64,000 nucleotides of DNA from Patescibacteria group bacterium (GTDB lineage: Bacteria; Patescibacteriota; Patescibacteriia; XYB2-FULL-38-15): NCBI GenBank assembly GCA_041653675.1, contig JBAZEY010000003.1, positions 13,284 through 77,283 on the forward strand. The letters run 5' to 3'. Positions 27,756 to 37,836 of this stretch are shown piece by piece. The notes beneath the pieces were generated by a model. The model did no database searches, was not told where the DNA came from, and saw nothing but the letters and a program-made list of their open reading frames with translations. The position numbers were made by a program, and so were the translations under genes. Positions within the stretch are counted from its first letter, which is position 1. The number at the start of each line of letters is the position of its first letter.

Positions 27756-28322
27756 ATGGCTTCAACGCAAGACATTAAAAGAGGTGTGGTAATTTCATGG
27801 AAAAATGATCCGCATCTCGTGACGGAATTTGAACATATTATGCCGGGCAAGGGTTCAGCTTTTGTACGTACAAAATTAAAAAACTTAAAGACGGGAAAAG
27901 TTTTAGAAAATACTTTTAAGGTTGGAGAAAAAATAGATTTGGTGGATTTAGAAAAAAGGAAAGTCCAGTATCTTTATGCAAGCGGTGATAAATTTGCGTT
28001 TATGGACAATGGCACTTATGAACAATTTGAATTAGGCGTTGAGGTTTTGGCGGGATTTGAAAAGTATTTGAAGGAAGGGTTGGAAGTAGTGTTGCTTTTT
28101 TCGGATGGAACCCCCATCACCGTAGAATTCCCCAAAAAAGTTTCTTACAAAGTTACAGAAGCTGAGCCGGGCGTAAAAGGAGATACTGCTTCTGGCCGGG
28201 TGACAAAAGAAGTTACCGCGGAAAATGGTTTAAAAATTCGTGCACCGCTTTTTATCAAAGAAGGGGATACAATTGTCGTTAATACGGAAACTGGAGAATA
28301 TGCAGAGAGAGCGGCAGAATAA
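27756..28322 (+). CDS. efp: Elongation factor P
   Basis: Loop PGKGSAFVRTKLKNLKTGK carries the conserved modified Lys. Three OB/KOW domains. Confidence 0.9.
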   Translation: MASTQDIKRGVVISWKNDPHLVTEFEHIMPGKGSAFVRTKLKNLKTGKVLENTFKVGEKIDLVDLEKRKVQYLYASGDKFAFMDNGTYEQFELGVEVLAGFEKYLKEGLEVVLLFSDGTPITVEFPKKVSYKVTEAEPGVKGDTASGRVTKEVTAENGLKIRAPLFIKEGDTIVVNTETGEYAERAAE

Positions 28323-28339
28323 TATTTTCAGGAAAAATT

Positions 28340-28376
28340 AAACCCCGCCTCTCACGAGAGGCGGGGTTATTTTATC
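28340..28376. terminator. Bidirectional terminator between efp and recA
   Basis: aaccccgcctctcacgagaggcggggtt followed by attttat. Confidence 0.7.
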
Positions 28377-28391
28377 TTCTATTTTATTCTT

Positions 28392-29435
28392 CTATTCCTC
28401 AGCAGGACCGTTTTCGGTATTTTCTGCGGCGGCCTCTGATGATTTTATGACTTTTGTTCTAATTTCCGCCATAAGTTTTGGATTTTCTTTCAAAAATCTT
28501 TTTGCCGTTTCCCGGCCAACACCGAGTTTCGTCTCGCCGTAATTGTAGGAGTTTCCACTTTTATTTATGACTTTAAAAACAACCGCGGTATCAAGAAGAT
28601 CTCCCGAGAGAGAAATTCCTTCATTGTACATGATATCAAATTCGCAAAATCTGAAAGGTGGAGCAACCTTATTTTTCACAATTTTTGCTTTGACGCGGTT
28701 ACCAATAATCTGATCGCCTTGTTTGATTTGGGCGGCTCGGCGCACCTCGATACGGACCGAGGAATAAAATTTTAGAGCCATTCCGCCAGTTGTCGTTTCC
28801 GGGTTCCCGAAAACAATGCCAATTTTATGTCTGATCTGGTTGATGAAAATGAGGGCAGTTTTGGTTTTAGAAATAACACCAGTCAGTTTGCGAAGAGCTT
28901 GAGACATCAATCTTGCCTGAAGGCCCATGTGTTGATCTCCCATTTCTCCCTCTATTTCTGCTTTTGGTACAAGCGCGGCGACCGAGTCCACGACTATGAC
29001 GTCAACGCCGCCCGAGCGAACTAATGTTTCTACAATTTCGAGCGCTTGCTCTCCTGTGTCTGGTTGAGAAATTAAGAGTTCCTCTATATTGACACCAATT
29101 TTTGAAGCGTATTCCGGGTCGAGCGCGTGCTCGGCATCAACAAAGGCCGCGATGCCGCCAGCTTTTTGGATTTCCGCCACAACATGCTGGGCTAAAGTTG
29201 TTTTACCGCTTGCTTCCGGGCCAAAAATTTCAATAATTCTTCCGCGAGGCATGCCGCCGATACCTAAAGCTAAATCCAAAGACAAACAACCAGAAGGAAT
29301 AGATTCAACTTCCATTCTCTTTGCCTCGCCGAGTTTCATAATTGAACCATCGCCGAATCTTTCTTTGATTTGATTAATTGCTTCCTCGGCCGCTTTGAAT
29401 TTTTCTGAGATTTTTTCTTTATTTTCTTTGGTCAT
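28392..29435 (-). CDS. recA: Recombinase RecA
   Basis: [11 protein letters not shown] Walker A. L1/L2 regions. Confidence 0.95.
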   Translation of the reverse strand: MTKENKEKISEKFKAAEEAINQIKERFGDGSIMKLGEAKRMEVESIPSGCLSLDLALGIGGMPRGRIIEIFGPEASGKTTLAQHVVAEIQKAGGIAAFVDAEHALDPEYASKIGVNIEELLISQPDTGEQALEIVETLVRSGGVDVIVVDSVAALVPKAEIEGEMGDQHMGLQARLMSQALRKLTGVISKTKTALIFINQIRHKIGIVFGNPETTTGGMALKFYSSVRIEVRRAAQIKQGDQIIGNRVKAKIVKNKVAPPFRFCEFDIMYNEGISLSGDLLDTAVVFKVINKSGNSYNYGETKLGVGRETAKRFLKENPKLMAEIRTKVIKSSEAAAENTENGPAEE

Positions 29436-29444
29436 ATTTTTAAA

Positions 29445-30104
29445 TTATTTTAAAATAACTTGTCGATAAATAATATTTTCCCGGCTGCGTTTTTTGGCCG
29501 CAGAAACTTTAATTATATTTAAGCCGGTTTTGAGACTAAGAGTTTCACTAAAATTTCCCAGGGCGTCGATTTGAATTATCTGGTCGTTTATTTTAACATT
29601 AACTTCTTTTTCTGCATAGCCCGCCACGGTAATAGTTGGATTTTCGGTTGTTAGATTATCGTTTGGGCTTGTGAGAAAAAGATCGGGGGGTGAAAAAATA
29701 TTGTTTATTTCAAATCCGAGATAGGTAAGAAGGAGGATAATAAAAATAGCGGCAATGGAAAGTTCAATTAGACGAGGAGTAACGATAAAGTTTTTTGGAG
29801 AAATTTTTTGGAGAAAAGCCCCTCGTGGCGTCTTTCTTGTAGCCAAGCTTTCTTTTTCAAATTTTTTTTTCAAGCCCTCGAGATCTAAATTTAAAAAATT
29901 AGCGTAGGTTTCCAAAATTTTTTCAGAATAAACTCCGCCGGGCAGGTTTTCATAGTCTCCGGCCTCGAGGGCGATAAGGTGGTTCAGTCTCAAGTTAGTT
30001 TCTTCCACTACATCCTCGAGGGAAAGATTTTGTTCCCGGCGGGTTTCAGAAAGAATTTCACCAACAGTTTTATTTTTTATTTGGGTAACGGAAAATTTAT
30101 ACAT
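29445..30104 (-). CDS. RodZ-like cytoskeleton protein (HTH-XRE, TM, C-terminal domain)
   Basis: Probable start at MYKFSV. HTH (LSLEDVVEETNLRLNHLIALE), one TM segment, and a C-terminal beta-rich domain. Confidence 0.55.
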   Translation of the reverse strand: MYKFSVTQIKNKTVGEILSETRREQNLSLEDVVEETNLRLNHLIALEAGDYENLPGGVYSEKILETYANFLNLDLEGLKKKFEKESLATRKTPRGAFLQKISPKNFIVTPRLIELSIAAIFIILLLTYLGFEINNIFSPPDLFLTSPNDNLTTENPTITVAGYAEKEVNVKINDQIIQIDALGNFSETLSLKTGLNIIKVSAAKKRSRENIIYRQVILK

Positions 30105-32316
30105 TTTCTTCGGAGTTTTCTTCCTCCTCCAGAAGATTATCACTTTCAATTTCTCTAGGAGCGGCTACGGCGCCGGCGATCAAGAGATCACGCGGTTTGG
30201 CACCATCCGCTGGTCCGATTATACCCTGTTCTTCCATGAGATCAAGAAGTCGAGCAGCTCTGGCATAACCAACTTTAAGCCGCCGCTGAAGAAGCGAGGC
30301 AGAAGCTTTGCCAGCCTGGACTATAACTTCTTTAGCATCGGAAAGCAATTCATCGTCAGAATCATTTCCTAAATCTAAACCAGGAACAGAAATGCCGAAA
30401 GCGGGTTTTTGCGTAACCTCTTCTAAATAATCCGGTTCGTCTTCGTTTTTTAAATAATCAATAACTTTTTTAATTTCATGATCTCGGACGAGCGCTCCTT
30501 GCAAACGTTTTGGTTTGCCAAGATCTGAACAAGTGTAAAGCATATCGCCGCGTCCCAAAAGTTTTTCCGCGCCGGAAGTGTCCAAAATTGTTCGCGAGTC
30601 TGTACTAGAAGCTACGGCAAAAGCAATGCGCGTCGTGATGTTGGCTTTGATTAAACCAGTGATAATATTAACTGATGGTCTTTGTGTCGCCAAAATTAAA
30701 TGAATGCCGACGGCGCGAGCCATTTGAGCTAAACGAATAATGGCTGCTTCAACTTCTGCCGCGGCCACGGCCATTAAATCCGCTAACTCATCAATAATCA
30801 AAACAAGATAAGGCATTTTTTCGCCACTTTCTCGGTTGAAAGCGCCAATATCGCGCTTGCCGTGTTTGGAAAGCAATTCAAAACGTCGATCCATTTCTCC
30901 AATTACCCACTTTAGAGCATTTACTGTCTTTACCGTATCCGTGATGACCGGAGTTAAAAGATGGGGAATACCATTATAAACCGTAAATTCCACGCGTTTC
31001 GGATCGACCATAATTAAACGCAAATCATCTGGACTATTTTGATAAAGTAAACTTACAATCACAGTATTTAGGCAGACGCTTTTACCGGAGCCAGTCGAGC
31101 CGGCGACAAGCAAGTGCGGCATTTTTCCTAAATCCGCAACCCAAACTTTTCCCGAAACATCTTTGCCAAGAGCGACCGTAAGATTTGTTTTTCTTTGTTT
31201 AAATTCTTGCGCCCGTAAAATTTCTTTTAAATTTACCGCAGCAACTTTTTGGTTTGGAACTTCAATTCCGACAAGTGATTTTCCGGGGATTGGCGCTTCA
31301 ATTCTGATTGGGTGGGCCGCGAGAGCCAGAGCTAAATCATTGTGTAGGCTTGTAATTTTGGCGAGCTTTACGCCGTCGGCCGGTTTTAAAGTATATTGAG
31401 TCACTGTCGGTCCAACTGAGATATCACCCATTTCCACAACAATGCCAAAATTTTCCAAAGTTTTTTGGATGATATTCATTTGGGTTTTTATGTCGCCGCT
31501 AGTTGGTTTTTCTGATTGATCGTCTAAAAGATCAAGGGGTATGTCAATTTTTTTTCTTTCAGTCTTAACAACGATTGGACTTATTTCGGCGGGAGTAGCC
31601 TGGATTTCTGCTCCGGCCGGTATATCTTTTGTTTCAAAAGAGGGAGCACCCGCCGGTGTTGCCTCAGCTGGTTCCCGTTGGGGCTCATTTTCTTCAGTAA
31701 TTGTTTCTTTTCCGTTGCTGCTAAATTTCATGCCCAAAAATAAAAGTTTGATATTTTGATAAATTTTTTTCCAAAAATTTCCTTTTTCTGCGATGGTGTG
31801 GAGTGAAGTGTTGAACGTCAAAAGGATAGAAGAAATGAAAACGGCGAAAATAATTAAAACAGTTGCCACCTGCCCCAACGAAATTAAAAGAGGATAAGAA
31901 AGAATGAGTCCAAGATAACCACCACCGCTCGCGAGGCCAGTGAAAGAAAATGGATCGTCATAAGAAAATCCGAGGTGCAGGAGACTTTCAATTGAAAGAA
32001 CTAAAAAGAAAAGGCCAACATAATTTGAGGCCCCAAGTTCGTATTTTTCTCCATTTAAAATAATGTACCCCAATCCCAAAAGAACAATGGGGATAACGAA
32101 ACGGCCTAAACCAAAAAAAGAAGCGAGAGCGTTTTCTATGTGTTGTCCCGCCGTACCAGCTAAATTAAAAAGGCTCAGAATACTAATTCCAGCTAGTGCA
32201 AAAAGAAAAATAATAACAATGCCTCTTTTTGTGTCAGGATTAATTCGTCCGGCACTTCGGCGACCGCTTTTTCGACCTTCATTTTTTTCCTCTTTTGAAT
32301 ATTTGATTTTAGGCAT
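30097..32316 (-). CDS. ftsK: DNA translocase FtsK/SpoIIIE
   Basis: N-terminal TM helices, Walker A LVAGSTGSGKSVCLN, and a gamma-like C-terminus. Confidence 0.9.
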   Translation of the reverse strand: MPKIKYSKEEKNEGRKSGRRSAGRINPDTKRGIVIIFLFALAGISILSLFNLAGTAGQHIENALASFFGLGRFVIPIVLLGLGYIILNGEKYELGASNYVGLFFLVLSIESLLHLGFSYDDPFSFTGLASGGGYLGLILSYPLLISLGQVATVLIIFAVFISSILLTFNTSLHTIAEKGNFWKKIYQNIKLLFLGMKFSSNGKETITEENEPQREPAEATPAGAPSFETKDIPAGAEIQATPAEISPIVVKTERKKIDIPLDLLDDQSEKPTSGDIKTQMNIIQKTLENFGIVVEMGDISVGPTVTQYTLKPADGVKLAKITSLHNDLALALAAHPIRIEAPIPGKSLVGIEVPNQKVAAVNLKEILRAQEFKQRKTNLTVALGKDVSGKVWVADLGKMPHLLVAGSTGSGKSVCLNTVIVSLLYQNSPDDLRLIMVDPKRVEFTVYNGIPHLLTPVITDTVKTVNALKWVIGEMDRRFELLSKHGKRDIGAFNRESGEKMPYLVLIIDELADLMAVAAAEVEAAIIRLAQMARAVGIHLILATQRPSVNIITGLIKANITTRIAFAVASSTDSRTILDTSGAEKLLGRGDMLYTCSDLGKPKRLQGALVRDHEIKKVIDYLKNEDEPDYLEEVTQKPAFGISVPGLDLGNDSDDELLSDAKEVIVQAGKASASLLQRRLKVGYARAARLLDLMEEQGIIGPADGAKPRDLLIAGAVAAPREIESDNLLEEEENSEENV

Positions 32317-32699
32317 AAGCTGTTAATAGATGACATTTTATTTCTAAATTATACTATAATTATAGCTAAAAGTAAATATGGGATTATGGGTAAATTTCGT
32401 ACTATTGACAACAGCGGTTATTTTATTTTAATATAACAAAAACCCGCACTCAGAACGAAAATGCGGGACAAGATAGCAGAGAAAGAACTGGAGGCAGTGA
32501 GCATGACTTAGTCCCATCATTCGACGAGACGCCATGTTCGGGATTGGTTAAAGTGAAAAATTGAGTGTGCACCCGATTTTTACTATTCCAATCCTTTCCG
32601 ACCCCCATTTCTTCTTCTGCTATTTTGTTTAAGATTAGCGCTTTTTAGACACTAACAATAAAGTATATCATAAATTTGAAATTTTGTCAATAGTTATTG

Positions 32700-32730
32700 A
32701 CAAAACCGCCCAAAGAGGCGGTTTTAAGTT
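32700..32730. terminator. Bidirectional hairpin terminator
   Basis: aaaaccgcccaaagaggcggtttt. Confidence 0.5.
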
Positions 32731-32753
32731 TATATTCGATTTTTTATAAATTA

Positions 32754-34379
32754 TTACTTTTTCACTTTGTAGATCGATATTTCTTCGTTTTGATAAACAT
32801 TTTCTAAGTAGCTATCTCTATCAGGATTGAAATTACTCATTTTTTGTTCAGTTGGCCCGTAAAAGAGATAGTCAATTTTATTGATTTTCAAAAAAGCAGC
32901 TCGGGTCCTATCGCCGTATTTCTGAAAAAATAACTCCACTTGTTCGGTTTTTTTCCCGCTTAGAGCGGTGTTGCCATTTGAGCCGAGAAAAACCGGCTTC
33001 ACACCAAAGGCAGGAATGACATTTCCGCTATCATAACTCGAAAAGATAACACTTTCTTGAGGAGTATTATTTTTTAGCCAAACCATCGCGTCGACCATTT
33101 CTTTTTTTAAAAAAATAAAAGAATCGTGATCTAGGTATAATTTTATGTCGCGTACCAGAATATAGTAACTTGAAAAGAAAAACAATGATGAAAGTAACAA
33201 AATAATTGATAGCAATATTTTAGGGTGAGAGAAGGAAATCAGTTTTTTTCTTTCCAGGAAATTTTTTAAAAAATATAACCCCATAATAGCCATAAGTACC
33301 ATTACAAAATGTAGGCCTTCGATCATTTTACGCTGAAAATTTAAGAACGGCAGAAAGGGTAAAATTATTTGAGTGGGAAACCATGTTAGTAAAAAAAATT
33401 CTTTATCCAATTTTTCTTTTTTTAGGAGAAGAACAAAAAAACCAAGAATACCAAAGATAAAAAGAAAACCATAACTCAGTAAGAAGTTATAGAAGGGCGG
33501 AGTTGGCAGATTATTTTGCAGGGCAAATTGCTGTCTTGTCCAAAAAACATTCAGGGTCCAGAGGTGGTAGACGATGGCCGGAGAAGAAACGGCAATTAAA
33601 ATTATATAGTGTTTTATGAGATCCCACCTGATTGATGATTTTTTTATGCTTTGGATAATAATGTAAAGGCCGATTACGCCGAAAATAGTCGGCACATGAT
33701 ATGGATGGAAGAAAAAAAGAAATAGGGCGACTAAGCCGGCTAAAAAACTAAGGAGATAACTTTTTTTTTCGAAAGATCGTAGGGTAAGTAAAAAAATCAG
33801 TATGGTACAAAAAAGTGAGGCGATGAAGTGGGGTGAATGGTAAAGAGTATAAAAAGTTGAAGATTCTATACTCCACAAATCCAGTGGGGGCGGCCAAAAG
33901 TTGGAGGCGCCGATTTCTACAAGCGGCCACAGCAAGCCGCTTATCCCCGAAGAAAAAATAAGAAGAATAAAACAAAATTTTCTTGTCTTTGTCTCTTTAA
34001 AAAAATAAGAGATAAAAATATAGGCAATGGCTAGAAAAACGGGGATAAGGAATACCCTGGCGAGTTGATAGGCGGCAAAACCAGAAAGGGAAAACATTTT
34101 GGCGAAAAGGCCGACGCCGAGCCAAAAGGGATCAAAAATAAAACGAGGTTCTGTCTCGGAAGTATACAAATTTTTGAAAAGGAGATGGCCGTCTTTGGCT
34201 TGTTCAATCCAGGAATAATAAACGGGAGTGTCTCGAGAATTTGTTGTTTGCAAGCCCCAAAAGATGGTGTCTCTGGGGGCAGCAAAAATTCCTACCATGT
34301 TTGGCAAGAAAGTTATGATAATAATAAGTGCGCCCAGTATCGCGACAAATTTCCATTCCTTTGTACTAATTTCGGGCAT
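32754..34379 (-). CDS. Polytopic membrane glycosyltransferase-like protein (GT-C fold, ArnT/PMT-like)
   Basis: More than 10 TM helices in the N-terminal two-thirds, and a soluble C-terminal domain. Adjacent to a GT2 polyprenyl-phosphate sugar synthase. Confidence 0.45.
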   Translation of the reverse strand: MPEISTKEWKFVAILGALIIIITFLPNMVGIFAAPRDTIFWGLQTTNSRDTPVYYSWIEQAKDGHLLFKNLYTSETEPRFIFDPFWLGVGLFAKMFSLSGFAAYQLARVFLIPVFLAIAYIFISYFFKETKTRKFCFILLIFSSGISGLLWPLVEIGASNFWPPPLDLWSIESSTFYTLYHSPHFIASLFCTILIFLLTLRSFEKKSYLLSFLAGLVALFLFFFHPYHVPTIFGVIGLYIIIQSIKKSSIRWDLIKHYIILIAVSSPAIVYHLWTLNVFWTRQQFALQNNLPTPPFYNFLLSYGFLFIFGILGFFVLLLKKEKLDKEFFLLTWFPTQIILPFLPFLNFQRKMIEGLHFVMVLMAIMGLYFLKNFLERKKLISFSHPKILLSIILLLSSLFFFSSYYILVRDIKLYLDHDSFIFLKKEMVDAMVWLKNNTPQESVIFSSYDSGNVIPAFGVKPVFLGSNGNTALSGKKTEQVELFFQKYGDRTRAAFLKINKIDYLFYGPTEQKMSNFNPDRDSYLENVYQNEEISIYKVKK

Positions 34380-35085
34380 GGGTTTTTTTTAATCGCCAGA
34401 TTTCTTTTAAATATCCGAGAGAAACTTTTATAAAGCTTACCCGACTTTTACGGCCGATTTTTTTGTGTTCAGTCCAGACGACCGGTACTTCTTTGATGCG
34501 ATAATTATTTTTCTCTGCCAGAACTACCATCTCTGTATCAAAAAACCATTCATTATTTTTTATTTGCGGTAAAATGCTTTGAACAACGCGACGGTTTACA
34601 GCTTTAAAACCGCAAGGGGCATCTTTTATTTTCAGACCAAGTGCGAAATGGAGGGCAAGGCGGTAAACTCGAGAAATAAATTTTCTAAGCAGCGATCTAT
34701 TAACTCTAGAATTTTTATGAAAACGCGCGCCGGCAGCGAGATCAAAATTTTCCTGGCCAATCGCGGCGATTAGCGCGGGTAGGGAAGAAAGGTTGGTTGC
34801 TAAATCCGCGTCCATAAAAATATAGACATCAGCATCGTTCGTTTCCCAGGCGGCGCGGATGGCCCGGCCTTTTCCTTTTTTCGGGATATTTAAATATTTT
34901 ATTTTTTCTAGATTTTTCTCTAAGTTTTTTCCGACTTCGCTAGTTCGGTCACCTGAATTATTGTCAGCAATAATAACTTGCCATTCTTCGGCGATATTGT
35001 TTTTTAAAAAATCATAAATTTTTTTGACGTTTTCTGCCAAAATAGATTCTTCGTTATAGGCTGGAACAGCAATTAAAATTTTCAT
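34366..35085 (-). CDS. GT2 glycosyltransferase (dolichyl/polyprenyl-phosphate hexose synthase-like)
   Basis: VPAYNEE, IIADNNSGD and FMDADLA motifs of DPM1-like GT2. Confidence 0.8.
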   Translation of the reverse strand: MKILIAVPAYNEESILAENVKKIYDFLKNNIAEEWQVIIADNNSGDRTSEVGKNLEKNLEKIKYLNIPKKGKGRAIRAAWETNDADVYIFMDADLATNLSSLPALIAAIGQENFDLAAGARFHKNSRVNRSLLRKFISRVYRLALHFALGLKIKDAPCGFKAVNRRVVQSILPQIKNNEWFFDTEMVVLAEKNNYRIKEVPVVWTEHKKIGRKSRVSFIKVSLGYLKEIWRLKKTHARN

Positions 35086-36683
35086 TAGTATTTCCGAATC
35101 AATTTATAAATTTTTCCCTCATCATCTTTGTAAGCCATTTCAAAATTGCCATTACTTTTTAGATTATTTTCTAGGGCGATGTGGTCTTTATCCACAAAAA
35201 CATATTCGGAATGAAAATCATTTTTAACAATTTCGGAAATGTTTGGCCGTCGGCCGGTCGTAATATCAACCCAAACTTTGTGTAGGTCTTTATTATAATC
35301 ATACATAAAGGTTGGATCAAGGCCGGCGATATAATAATTATGAGTATTATAATAAAAAAGAGCAGGAAAATCGTCCCAATCATTATGGAAAACAATTGCC
35401 CCGGCGGGAGTATTATTTTTTAACCATTCGGCGACGTCCTGATATTTATAAATTGATCCGCCGGAAAGATAGAGCTGTTTTATTGACCAAATATTTCGTC
35501 CGGCGGTAAACGGCACCATAATTAAAATATAAAGAATAACTAGGCTTGAAAAAACTTTTCTCTTCTGCCGCCAAGCATTAATCGCGGGCAGATATTTTTT
35601 TATTAAAGAAAGGGGTTGATTTAAAACAAAAGCAGAGGCGAGCGTGGCGAAGGGAATGAAATATTCAACGTTGCGGCGGGAACGCAGAGTCAGCGCCAAG
35701 AAAAAAAGCGCAAGAAAAGTAAGAGTAATAATTCGAGTTTTATTTTTTGAATCTATTTTGGCAGGTTTTTCTTTACCAGCGAAATTTTTAAGAAAATTTA
35801 TAAAAAATACGGCAAAAGAGAGGATCAATAAAATAAAAATAAATGAAGAGTTGGCAATAAGATCTCCTAAACCATAAGGATACCACTCTGCTCCGACGCC
35901 GATTTTGTCCTGATAATTGATAACGGCGATTTTTATAATTTGTTGCCAATAAAAAAATAAATTTTTAGGAAAAAACGGGTTTAGTACAACGCCAGCGACG
36001 AGCCCCCCGAAGCAAGCTAAAAATAATTTAAAGTTTTCTTTAGAAAAAATATTTTTAAAGAAATTTTTTATCAGCAATCTTATATTCTGAAAGGAATGAG
36101 CGGTGTTTACGATAGCCTCGGCAAAAATATAAAATAATGTCAGAACTAAAATTAACGGCCAGCCGCCGTAAGTCCAGACATAAATAAATGATAGGACGAA
36201 AAGCGGCCAGAGTTTTCGATGAAAAATAAAATAAAGTCCAAAGAGCAAAATTATGAGTGAAAAAGACGACGCCTTGGCTAAATTAATTCTAAAAATAAAA
36301 GGACTAGAAGCTAAAAGAATCAAACAATAAAAAATCGCGCCCTTGATTTGAAATTTTTTTAAAAACCAATAAAAAATTAAAATCAAAAGCGCGGCAAAAA
36401 ATGCGGTGGCAAGTTTTATGCCGACCAGCGGATCTAAAAAGGTGACAAAAGGGACAAGTGCAACATGATATAAAAAATGGTGGTCGATGTAGTAATCTTT
36501 TAAAACAGTGAATTGCAGCCAAGGAAAGTCGGCGACAATTCCCTGGTCGCGGGTTAAAACCGCCATTTTGGCGTGGTAAAAAGAATCTGGATCGGGAAAG
36601 GTCGGAGAAATTTGAAAGTACGAAAAAAGAGAAAACGAAACGACGAAAAGTAAAAGGAATTTTAAGAGTTCGTTTTTTTTCAT
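35085..36683 (-). CDS. Second GT-C-type polytopic membrane glycosyltransferase-like protein
   Basis: N-terminal loop FPDPDSFYH, many TM helices, and a soluble C-terminal domain. It forms a GT-C / GT2 / GT-C operon. Confidence 0.45.
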   Translation of the reverse strand: MKKNELLKFLLLFVVSFSLFSYFQISPTFPDPDSFYHAKMAVLTRDQGIVADFPWLQFTVLKDYYIDHHFLYHVALVPFVTFLDPLVGIKLATAFFAALLILIFYWFLKKFQIKGAIFYCLILLASSPFIFRINLAKASSFSLIILLFGLYFIFHRKLWPLFVLSFIYVWTYGGWPLILVLTLFYIFAEAIVNTAHSFQNIRLLIKNFFKNIFSKENFKLFLACFGGLVAGVVLNPFFPKNLFFYWQQIIKIAVINYQDKIGVGAEWYPYGLGDLIANSSFIFILLILSFAVFFINFLKNFAGKEKPAKIDSKNKTRIITLTFLALFFLALTLRSRRNVEYFIPFATLASAFVLNQPLSLIKKYLPAINAWRQKRKVFSSLVILYILIMVPFTAGRNIWSIKQLYLSGGSIYKYQDVAEWLKNNTPAGAIVFHNDWDDFPALFYYNTHNYYIAGLDPTFMYDYNKDLHKVWVDITTGRRPNISEIVKNDFHSEYVFVDKDHIALENNLKSNGNFEMAYKDDEGKIYKLIRKY

Positions 36684-36716
36684 CGAGTAGCTTCCTCCTT
36701 TAAAATTTTTTGATAT

Positions 36717-37742
36717 TTAGCCAAGTTGTTTTTTGAAAAAATCAACCCAAGGAACGGGAGAGGGGTCAATATTGTAAATCATTGCGAGATAAAAACTTAA
36801 ATAGCTGCCGAGGGAAAGGATTTCGAAAGTTTGGAGAAGTTTATTTTTTTCCACCGGACGGTATTCAATAAAATTTATTTTATTTTTAGTGAGAACGGTT
36901 TTTAATATTTTATATCTTTTTTGATTTCGTGGGAGATAGAGGCCGGAATTTATAAGAATGAATTTTAGATTTTGTTTATTAGCCGCCGGATTTTTCAGCC
37001 CTTCCATCAAATGATGGTTTAATTCCGGTAGTTCAAAATAGGTAGCAAAATTTTTGGCATTCTCATTAATCTGATTTGCCATTATGTGGCCGTTGCCAGA
37101 TAAAAATTCTGAAGCAACAATAATTGGGATTTTATTTTTAAGTGCCGATGAGATTTTTTCTACCTGGCGAGGTTTGTGGTCGAGCACCGAAACAACGGTT
37201 TTTATTTCTTGGTCGCTAATTTTAAGTAAACTACACTTAGCAAGAAGCCCAAGCTGGCCTATGATCGAATATCCAAGTCCCATGCGCGGTTGGTTTGAGG
37301 GATTGGAAGTTGGTTTAAAAATATAGGCCGGGTAATTGTTGGCGCGTAAAAAGTTTGCCAATTTTCCGCCAGTCGCGAGACCCAAGATTTTTGCTTTTCT
37401 ATTTTTACCTTCGTGAGCTGCGGCTAAAGTTTCTTCAGTATTGCCAGAGTAGCTGGAAAGAATTAAAAGAGTTTTTGGGCCGACGTAAGCGGGGAGAGTA
37501 TAACCGCGGACGATTTCAATCGGCGTTTTTAATTTGTCGGCAAAAAGCGATTGAATCAAATGCCCTCCAAGCGCCGAGCCGCCCATTCCCGATATAACAA
37601 TATTTTCTACACTGCGATAGCTGGTTGGGATTTTTATTTCTTTAATATCCCGCCAGGCTTCAGCGCACTGTTTACCTAATAATTTAATAGATCCGAACAA
37701 GTTTGATTTGTCCAATTTTTTGATTTGTTGTGAGGTAATCAT
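36717..37742 (-). CDS. SIS-domain bifunctional phosphoglucose/phosphomannose isomerase-like
   Basis: Two SIS-like halves, and GMGGSALGG. Confidence 0.5.
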   Translation of the reverse strand: MITSQQIKKLDKSNLFGSIKLLGKQCAEAWRDIKEIKIPTSYRSVENIVISGMGGSALGGHLIQSLFADKLKTPIEIVRGYTLPAYVGPKTLLILSSYSGNTEETLAAAHEGKNRKAKILGLATGGKLANFLRANNYPAYIFKPTSNPSNQPRMGLGYSIIGQLGLLAKCSLLKISDQEIKTVVSVLDHKPRQVEKISSALKNKIPIIVASEFLSGNGHIMANQINENAKNFATYFELPELNHHLMEGLKNPAANKQNLKFILINSGLYLPRNQKRYKILKTVLTKNKINFIEYRPVEKNKLLQTFEILSLGSYLSFYLAMIYNIDPSPVPWVDFFKKQLG

Positions 37743-37836
37743 GATTATAATATCATTATTTTTATTTCTTTATTCTATCAAATTTACGATAAATAAAAAA
37801 GCCCGGCTCTCGGCCGGGTAAAAACGCGTAATTTTA

